In this document: positions 57,560-64,000 of the stretch, one piece after another
Layout: every line of letters starts with the position of its first letter
How positions within the stretch are numbered: the first letter of the stretch is position 1
NCBI GenBank assembly: GCA_041744215.1
Contig: JBGTLG010000039.1
Location: 116,333-180,332 of the forward strand
Direction: 5' to 3'
Length of the DNA stretch: 64,000 nt
DNA from: Fimbriimonadales bacterium
Lineage (GTDB): Bacteria; Armatimonadota; Fimbriimonadia; Fimbriimonadales; ATM1
Notes under the pieces: model-generated
What the model was told of the DNA's origin: nothing
What the model saw: the letters and a program-made list of their open reading frames with translations, nothing else
Databases searched by the model: none
Made by a program: the position numbers and the translations under genes

Positions 57560-57985
57560 CTATTTCACTTCCTGATTGATGCACCATTCGAACAGCGTCT
57601 TCCACTCTGTTCGTTGCATTTCTACGAGCTCATTCGGGTTCGACGCAGAGTCCCTTTCCACACGTCGTAGAAAGTCCACTGAATCATACCAACGCATTGC
57701 CGGGTGTCCCTCGCGCTTTCTCAGCCAGTAGCCCGAATTCCAGAAGTCCCTTTCCCGACGATGCATAATCGCGTGCCAGTAAGCTCCCGTCGCTTCGTTA
57801 ATCGACTGGCTGATTTCATGACTGCGATGCAAGTCGTCCACGTACAGCCAGATCCCAGCAGCCACTGCAGGCGAAACGTCCGCCGTGACTTCGAGGGCGA
57901 GTTCTACTCCTTTGCCATTGGGCTTCGCCGGGCAAAGTTCCGGCATTGAGGCGTCGAAAGGAATCGCGTCAAAGAGCCTCTTCAT
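57560..57985 (-). CDS. conserved hypothetical helical protein
   Basis: DDLHRSHEISQ..YWHAIMHRRE.DF.NS.YW pattern; ATG overlaps the AraC stop. Confidence 0.7.
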   Translation of the reverse strand: MKRLFDAIPFDASMPELCPAKPNGKGVELALEVTADVSPAVAAGIWLYVDDLHRSHEISQSINEATGAYWHAIMHRRERDFWNSGYWLRKREGHPAMRWYDSVDFLRRVERDSASNPNELVEMQRTEWKTLFEWCINQEVK

Positions 57986-58383
57986 TCGCCCAGCCTTCGC
58001 GATTTTCGCCACGCCCTCGGAGACGTACCCGTTCGCTTTCTGAATGCTCTGCAAAAAGCTGCTTGCGACTCGAACCCTGCCTCCAGCGCGATACGCCAGA
58101 TCGGTTCGTTTGTGCGCTCGAGCCTCTCCCCGGCGAGCTGTAGGCGAATTCTCGAGAGGTAGCCGTGGGGCGATTCGTTATAAGTTTTCTTGAAAAGCCT
58201 TAGCAAATGAAACTGAGAGAGCCCCGCTGAGCTCGCGAGCGTCACCAAGGAATGCTTCCCTTCTGGCGAGGCATCCATGGCATGGCGGGCGACCATGAGC
58301 GAAGCAAGGAGCTCCGCTCGGGTCCGCCATTTCACGGCGGGAACGCGGGTTGCAGCAAGCGCATAAGGGCAAGGGCCAGGCAT
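57982..58383 (-). CDS. stand-alone AraC family HTH regulator
   Basis: LASSAGLSQFHLLRLFK..SP and IALEAGFESQAAFCRAFRK.TG.SP motifs. Confidence 0.9.
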   Translation of the reverse strand: MPGPCPYALAATRVPAVKWRTRAELLASLMVARHAMDASPEGKHSLVTLASSAGLSQFHLLRLFKKTYNESPHGYLSRIRLQLAGERLERTNEPIWRIALEAGFESQAAFCRAFRKRTGTSPRAWRKSRRLGE

Positions 58384-58422
58384 CGGTGCTGATTATGGAA
58401 TACGTTCGTTCATAATCGACAC

Positions 58423-59706
58423 ATGAGCCTGAAGATCGCCGATCCCGACGTTTCTGCGCACCGCAACAATAATCTCGCGCAAGCAGATCCCGACGTCGCG
58501 TTTATCATTCGTAAAGAGGAGACGCGCCAGGAGCAAAACCTTGAACTGATTGCAAGCGAGAACATTACAAGCAAAGCGGTTAGAGAGGCGGTGAGCAGTG
58601 TGATGACCGACAAGTACGCCGAAGGATATCCTGGCAAGCGGTATTACGGCGGGTGCGAACACATGGACGAAATTGAGACGCTTGCACAGGAACGAGCCAA
58701 GGCGCTTTACGGTGCGAGTTGGGCAAATGTTCAGCCTCATAGCGGAGCAACCGCAAACATGGCTGTCTACTTCTCGTTTCTCGATCCAGGTGACAAGCTG
58801 ATGGCGATGAACCTGTCACACGGGGGACACCTAACACATGGCAGTCCAGTTAACTTCACGGGCAAGATGTATGAAATCATTCCCTACGGTGTGCGCGAAG
58901 ATGACGAGCGAATTGACTACGACGAAGTTGATCGACTTGCAAGCGAACACAAACCAAAAATGATCGTGTGCGGAGCAACGTCATATCCCCGGCAGATCGA
59001 CTACGCGCGCTTTCGTGCCGCGGCGGATTCGGTCGGCGCCTTGCTCATGTGCGACATCGCGCACCCAAGCGGTCTCATCGCGGCCGAGGAGTTCCCGAAT
59101 CCGCTCCCCCATTGCCATGTGGTAACCAGTACGACCCACAAGACGCTGCGCGGCCCCCGGGGCGGGATGATCCTGGCGCAAGATGAAGAACTTGGCAAAA
59201 AGATAGACAAAACCGTGTTCCCAGGAATACAGGGCGGACCGCTGATGCATCAGATCGCAGGCAAGGCGGTCTGCTTTCATGAGGCGGCGCAGCCCGAGTT
59301 CAAGAAGTACCAGCGTCGCGTTCGAGAGAATGCAGATGCGCTCTCTTCAGCGTTGGTGACCGAGGGCTTTCGTGTCGTCAGCGGAGGAACGGACTGCCAC
59401 CTGATCCTGGTCGATTTGCGACCATTCGAGCTCACGGGGAAGGTTGCGGAAAAGGTCCTCGACGACGTTGGAGTAACAACCAACAAGAACACGATTCCAT
59501 TCGATCCTGAAAAGCCATTTATCGCAAGCGGATTGCGATTGGGAACTCCTGCCGTCACAACGCGCGGCATGAAAGTGGAACAGATGTCAGTTATCGCCTC
59601 CTTGATCGCCCGTGCCCTGCGTGCTCCTGATGACGAAGCGATGCTGCAAGGTGTAAGAAAGGAAGTCCGAGAATTGACGGCGGAGTTTCCTGTTCATGAA
59701 ATCTGA
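58423..59706 (+). CDS. glyA: serine hydroxymethyltransferase
   Basis: [35 protein letters not shown] and [12 protein letters not shown] motifs. Confidence 0.97.
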   Translation: MSLKIADPDVSAHRNNNLAQADPDVAFIIRKEETRQEQNLELIASENITSKAVREAVSSVMTDKYAEGYPGKRYYGGCEHMDEIETLAQERAKALYGASWANVQPHSGATANMAVYFSFLDPGDKLMAMNLSHGGHLTHGSPVNFTGKMYEIIPYGVREDDERIDYDEVDRLASEHKPKMIVCGATSYPRQIDYARFRAAADSVGALLMCDIAHPSGLIAAEEFPNPLPHCHVVTSTTHKTLRGPRGGMILAQDEELGKKIDKTVFPGIQGGPLMHQIAGKAVCFHEAAQPEFKKYQRRVRENADALSSALVTEGFRVVSGGTDCHLILVDLRPFELTGKVAEKVLDDVGVTTNKNTIPFDPEKPFIASGLRLGTPAVTTRGMKVEQMSVIASLIARALRAPDDEAMLQGVRKEVRELTAEFPVHEI

Positions 59707-59848
59707 TTCCAAAGGAATCCTCTCTTGATACCTCGGTAGCAAAAACAGATTTGAGCGGGCAGTGTCGCGTTCTGCCCGCCCTTCGATCAAGATGGCGCGA
59801 CCGCACAGGTCGCGATGAAGCTGCTCAAAGCAGTTTCCGCTGCGTCGG

Positions 59849-61285
59849 TTACCAACTCGTTCTGATCGTGTAGGTGATCACCTTTTCTTCGTCCGGCCGC
59901 AGAGTGATGAGATACTCAAAAGTGTTCGAGTCGGTCTTTCGGCTCGCTTCAGATTCTCGGATGATCTGCCAATCGGCCCACCCGTGCTCTACGACTCGAA
60001 CAGTTTCGGGCTCGCGTTTTCGATTGCGAACTTTGACTTCGAAGTCCTCTTCAGTTACTGAGCCGGAGATGCGCCGGAAGCTCAGTCTTCGATGTTCACC
60101 AACGACGTCGAAAGAATCTCCAATCCAAAGTCGAACCCTTTCCTCGCGAGGTGTATGGTCGATCTGATCCTCGCCCAACATTTGAACTTGACCATCGGAG
60201 TCGCGCTTATAGACTCGAATCTTGCCCTTCGGAAGCGGCATCCCCATACGATTCTGCAGGGAGTTGTGCACTTCCACTATTACGTTCACCTTAACTTTGC
60301 TGTCGGTCGCCCAACCCTCGCCGGGTCGATAGTTCACGCCTGAACCACGCCAGATGTTTCGCATCGCCTCCATGACCAAGTCCTTCTTGACTAAGACGTT
60401 GCTCGCGCTCAGCAGCGCTATCTGCTTCGTCTCCTTTTGCCGCACTGTAGCGGGACGCTGGAGCGTGTAAAGGTGGTATTCAAACAGACTCTGTTCGACG
60501 AACTGATCCGCGGACCGTGCCATCTGCGCTGCGCCGCCACCTCCTGCTCCGCCCATCATCCGTGGCGGCGCGATCCTCCGAACGTCGCCAGCGATAAGCT
60601 TGAGCTTCGCGTTGTTGTACGTCGCACCGGACTGGTTGTTAATCGTTACCCAACCGTTCAGGTCAGCCCTCGTGTCATCCGGATTCAGAACGAGGATGTA
60701 GTCGGCCGACCAGCTGATGTTGTTCGTAAGGTAGGCGATCTCGACGTTCGCATTACCTGCTCGGTCGGCTTGAAGATCCCACATCAAAGTTGGCTTGCTG
60801 ATAAGGCCTTCTGGAATCTCCATGACTTCCACTGTGCCTACGGGGTCAAGCAGGATGCGACCGTCGTTTGTGCGCACGACCATGCCAGAGTAAGTCTGAA
60901 AGCTGCCTTGCCCAGAACTGACGACCTGTCCCGGCGCGCTGAGCAGTTCGCCTTCGACGATGGACATTTGCCCCGTATCAAGCGTCCGAATGATGCGGAC
61001 GCGCTTGCCTATCGACTTCGATAGAATTGTGAACGGCGACATGAGGTCGTACTGGTAGTTCTGCTCCAAAATGACGATGGGAACGCCCGCCGTCAGATTC
61101 CGAAACGTTACGCTGGTCGGGTCTATGTACTGCGCGACGTCTTCAACGCGAATCTCTTGTCTTCCCGACCTCAGGTCCAACGATCTAACTTCCTTCACCA
61201 GGGCGAAGTTGGCGTTGTAGACCGTGATTTCAACGGATTGGGGGGCGGTCGCTATGGCGATCGCGCCTGCTGCAAGTGCAAACAT
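59849..61285 (-). CDS. DUF4139 family secreted protein
   Basis: Signal peptide; ITVYN.NFALVKE, EQNYQYDL, KPTL.W, LFEYHLY and PLPKGKIRVY motifs; AGGAGG SD. Confidence 0.8.
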   Translation of the reverse strand: MFALAAGAIAIATAPQSVEITVYNANFALVKEVRSLDLRSGRQEIRVEDVAQYIDPTSVTFRNLTAGVPIVILEQNYQYDLMSPFTILSKSIGKRVRIIRTLDTGQMSIVEGELLSAPGQVVSSGQGSFQTYSGMVVRTNDGRILLDPVGTVEVMEIPEGLISKPTLMWDLQADRAGNANVEIAYLTNNISWSADYILVLNPDDTRADLNGWVTINNQSGATYNNAKLKLIAGDVRRIAPPRMMGGAGGGGAAQMARSADQFVEQSLFEYHLYTLQRPATVRQKETKQIALLSASNVLVKKDLVMEAMRNIWRGSGVNYRPGEGWATDSKVKVNVIVEVHNSLQNRMGMPLPKGKIRVYKRDSDGQVQMLGEDQIDHTPREERVRLWIGDSFDVVGEHRRLSFRRISGSVTEEDFEVKVRNRKREPETVRVVEHGWADWQIIRESEASRKTDSNTFEYLITLRPDEEKVITYTIRTSW

Positions 61286-61347
61286 TGTAAGCCTCCTGAC
61301 TGACTATCTCACCGAGTAAGACGCACGAAGGTGCGGCCAGGTATCGG

Positions 61348-62484
61348 CTAATACTCGGTCAGCGCAGGGTCAACTTCCCGGGCCCAGGCGTTTATTCCTC
61401 CGGCTACGTTCCAGACGCTTTCGAAGCCCCGCTGCAGCAGTATCCCCGCGATCTGGTTGCTGCGTTTTCCAGACCTGCAGATCACAAAAACGTCTCGCTT
61501 CGGATCGATCTCTTCTATCCGAAACGCCACTTGCGACATAGGAATATGCAGCGCGCCGTCGATGCGAGAGATCTCAAGCTCATGGGGTTCGCGAACGTCT
61601 AGCAAGATCGCTCCGCTATCAGAATTCAAACTGGTGCGAACTTCTTGAACCGATGCTTGCGGGACCGTCATTTGTTGTGTTGATGATAGCCCGCAGAAGC
61701 TTTCATAGTCAATCAATTTTGTGACTGTCGGGTTCTCTCCGCAGAGATTGCATGAAGGAGACCTCGACACCGAATAAGAATTGAACTCCATCGCAAGCGC
61801 GTCAAACGTTAGCAGCTTACCGACAAGGAGATCGCCCAAACTCAATGCGATTTTGATCGCCTCTGCCGCTTGGATGCAGCCGACGATTCCGGGAAGAACT
61901 CCGAACACGCCAGCTTCGGCGCAGGAAGGAACTTCGCCTGGTGGAGGAGGATCTGGATAAAGACATCGGTAGCATGGCCCGATTCGCGCATCGAAAACGG
62001 AGACTTGACCTTCGAACCGGAAAATCGCTCCGTGAACATTTGGCTTCCTCAACAGCGCGCACGCATCGTTAACGAGGTAGCGCGTTGGAAAGTTGTCGGT
62101 TCCGTCGACCACGACGTCGAACGGTTTGATGATGTCCATCGCGTTTGACGACGACAACTTTTTGTCGAAGGTTTCAATTCGGACGTCTGGATTCTGATCG
62201 CGAAGCTTCTCCGCGGCGCTTTCGACCTTGCGCTTGCCAACGTCGCTATCGAAGTGAAGAATCTGCCGATGAAGATTGCTCCGGTCGACGACATCAAAGT
62301 CAACGATGCCAATACGGCCGAATCCAGCTGCGGCGAGATAGTAGGCCGCAGGAGAGCCCAAACCGCCCGCACCGACCAGCAGGACCGATGCGTCCTTCAG
62401 CCGTTCCTGCCCCGACCGGCCGACTTCGGGCATGATCATGTGCCGCGCATAGCGCAGCATCTCGCGATCCGTAAGTTCTGCCAA
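61348..62484 (-). CDS. moeB: MoeB/MoeZ adenylyltransferase with C-terminal rhodanese domain
   Basis: RYARH, GAGGLGSP, SNLHRQ, DGTDNF, PCYRC, then LDVRE..CRSGKRS..GGI.AW; TTG start at 62484 inferred. Confidence 0.88.
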   Translation of the reverse strand: MAELTDREMLRYARHMIMPEVGRSGQERLKDASVLLVGAGGLGSPAAYYLAAAGFGRIGIVDFDVVDRSNLHRQILHFDSDVGKRKVESAAEKLRDQNPDVRIETFDKKLSSSNAMDIIKPFDVVVDGTDNFPTRYLVNDACALLRKPNVHGAIFRFEGQVSVFDARIGPCYRCLYPDPPPPGEVPSCAEAGVFGVLPGIVGCIQAAEAIKIALSLGDLLVGKLLTFDALAMEFNSYSVSRSPSCNLCGENPTVTKLIDYESFCGLSSTQQMTVPQASVQEVRTSLNSDSGAILLDVREPHELEISRIDGALHIPMSQVAFRIEEIDPKRDVFVICRSGKRSNQIAGILLQRGFESVWNVAGGINAWAREVDPALTEY

Positions 62485-62496
62485 ACCGTGACGATT

Positions 62497-63081
62497 ATGA
62501 AACCGAAGTTCCCTGTCGTGCTTGCAAGCGCCTCCCCGAGGAGGGTCGAGCTGCTCAAGGTGCTGATTGAGGATTTCGAAGTTCTGCCGGCGGACATTGA
62601 CGAAGCAATTGACGAGTCTTCCGAGGAGAGCCCGCTGGATATTGCAGCCGTGATCGCGCGGAAGAAGGTGCTCGCGGTAAAACCCTTGCGGAAGAATGCG
62701 CTGATTATCGGCGCCGATACGATTGTCGTCGACGACGGACAGATTCACGGCAAGCCAAAGGACGAGAAAGAGGCGAGAGCGATGTTGAGGAAACTTTCCA
62801 ACAGGACACATGAGGTGATTACCTGTATCTGTGTCAGCTGTGGAGGCAGCGAGGAGGCTGTAAGCGAAGTCACGCGGGTTACGTTCCGCGACATCGCAGC
62901 GCGGGAGATAGAAGAGTACGTTTTAAGCGGCGAGCCGATGGACAAGGCCGGGGCGTATGCGATCCAGGGCGGAGCGGCAAAGTTCGTTGTCGAAGTCGAT
63001 GGCGATTACGACAACGTCGTCGGCTTGCCGGTCGAGGCGTTGCGGACTTGCCTGATCCGCAAGGGATGGGCGGAGGAGTGA
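62497..63081 (+). CDS. maf: Maf family nucleoside triphosphate pyrophosphatase
   Basis: LASASPRR, GADTIV, GKP, DKAGAYAIQG and NVVGLP motifs. Confidence 0.93.
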   Translation: MKPKFPVVLASASPRRVELLKVLIEDFEVLPADIDEAIDESSEESPLDIAAVIARKKVLAVKPLRKNALIIGADTIVVDDGQIHGKPKDEKEARAMLRKLSNRTHEVITCICVSCGGSEEAVSEVTRVTFRDIAAREIEEYVLSGEPMDKAGAYAIQGGAAKFVVEVDGDYDNVVGLPVEALRTCLIRKGWAEE

Positions 63082-63100
63082 CCGCCGCCAGGATCTTCAG

Positions 63101-64000
63101 CTACGGGAGCTGAAAGTTCTCGATCCGCGATTTGACGTCATTTATGAAGTTCGCTGCACCGACGCCATTGATGACGCGATGATCGAACGTGAGCGACAGC
63201 ACAACCATGCGAACGAAATCGTAGCCACCCATCTTGGCGACGGGGTGCCAATATGCTTCGCCCAAGAACAGCGTCGCGACTGACGGTGACACGACCACGG
63301 GGACCGCATTGCGCAACCCGAATGCGCTCATGTTCGTGATCGAGAGCGTCGTCGCTTCCGTGGCTTGATCTTTGCCGTTGCGCGCCAGGTCGATTTGTTG
63401 TCTCGTCGCGTTTGCGAAGTCCATCCAAGACAGCGAGTCCGCATTCGGCACGACGGCGGTGACTAAGTCGTCGCCGGGCAATGCAACGGCGATGCCGAGG
63501 TTCGCTCCGCGATAGGTTCGCAGAACGCCATCGGACGGCATCGTGCTACGGAACTTCGGGTGCTCGCGCATTGCTTGCGCGACGCACCACGCCATCATCG
63601 TGAACGCGCTCGGCTGGAACGGGCTGCCGGAGTTCTTCACCTTCTCGCGCACTGCTTCGATGGCGTCCCATCGACATTCGACCATGATCGTTCCCGGAAC
63701 GCAAAGCTGCGAGCCGCGGGCGAGGCGGTAGGCGAGCGTTTTTTGTCGCGAAGCGAGCGCGATCTCGTCGTACTCCGCGGTGGAATTCAGCAGCACCGGA
63801 GCGGACGGTGCGGCCTTTGTCGAGCCCGCCAGATAGGCGTCGACGTCTTCCGGCATCAGCTTGCCGCCCTTGGCAGGGATCGAGGCCGCGACCTCCAGCA
63901 GACCCTTTTCCTTAAGATAGCGCCGCGTGCGAGGCGGGATCTCGCGGTTGCGCGGCGGGCCCTTCGGTTCGGCCGCGACGACGGCGGCCACCGCCGGCGC
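63101..64000 (-). CDS. 2-oxo acid dehydrogenase E2 acyltransferase (5'-truncated by window)
   Basis: Ala-rich linker, subunit-binding-like PPRTRR..GGKL..EDV, NLGIAVA and FDHRVING catalytic motif. Confidence 0.88.
   Translation of the reverse strand, partial: APAVAAVVAAEPKGPPRNREIPPRTRRYLKEKGLLEVAASIPAKGGKLMPEDVDAYLAGSTKAAPSAPVLLNSTAEYDEIALASRQKTLAYRLARGSQLCVPGTIMVECRWDAIEAVREKVKNSGSPFQPSAFTMMAWCVAQAMREHPKFRSTMPSDGVLRTYRGANLGIAVALPGDDLVTAVVPNADSLSWMDFANATRQQIDLARNGKDQATEATTLSITNMSAFGLRNAVPVVVSPSVATLFLGEAYWHPVAKMGGYDFVRMVVLSLTFDHRVINGVGAANFINDVKSRIENFQLP

Noticed and set aside
62254..62811. Apparent long overlap of extended moeB and maf ORFs
   Set aside because: The extensions are antisense shadows; family motifs begin at about 62484 (moeB) and 62497 (maf)
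63170..63195. E2 catalytic motif DHRVING (Asn in place of Asp) as a sign of inactivity
   Set aside because: Asn at this position occurs in functional E2 acetyltransferases
1..64000. CRISPR arrays, rRNA, transposases, phage genes, reverse transcriptases, toxin-antitoxin pairs
   Set aside because: None recognised by eye; nearly all sequence is explained by the listed CDSs, and the many short alternative-frame ORFs are shadows typical of GC-rich DNA

Overview
Gene-dense, moderately GC-rich bacterial chromosomal segment of about 70 CDSs plus one tRNA-Arg(CCG). The gene mix (OM beta-barrel, LolA- and TolB-like proteins, DUF1559-like protein, FHA/PP2C pair, GlnD) is compatible with a diderm Terrabacteria member such as Armatimonadota; this is an inference only. 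Content is mostly core or housekeeping: acpS, purN, rnhB, lipB, apt, glnD, two trkA-like genes, lysA, aspA, sbcCD, ispA, moaA, moeB, glyA, maf, an E2 subunit, ABC/MFS transporters, peptidases and glycoside hydrolases. I saw no integrase, transposase, prophage, CRISPR array or recognisable defence island, and I cannot claim a clearly new multi-gene system. The best leads are regulatory. (1) A ~100-nt structured, terminator-ended, possibly doubly pseudoknotted RNA on the minus strand at ~46980-47082. (2) A repeated AC-N17-CGTCT ECF-type promoter before five envelope/secreted genes, with an ECF sigma/anti-sigma pair in the window. (3) Pervasive -10 boxes 5-9 nt before start codons, suggesting leaderless mRNAs. 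(4) A double-FHA protein with five TQ motifs coupled to a PP2C with a GarA-like N-terminal ETT motif. All family calls come from motif recognition by eye, not database searches, and several starts were moved from the ORF track to more plausible codons.
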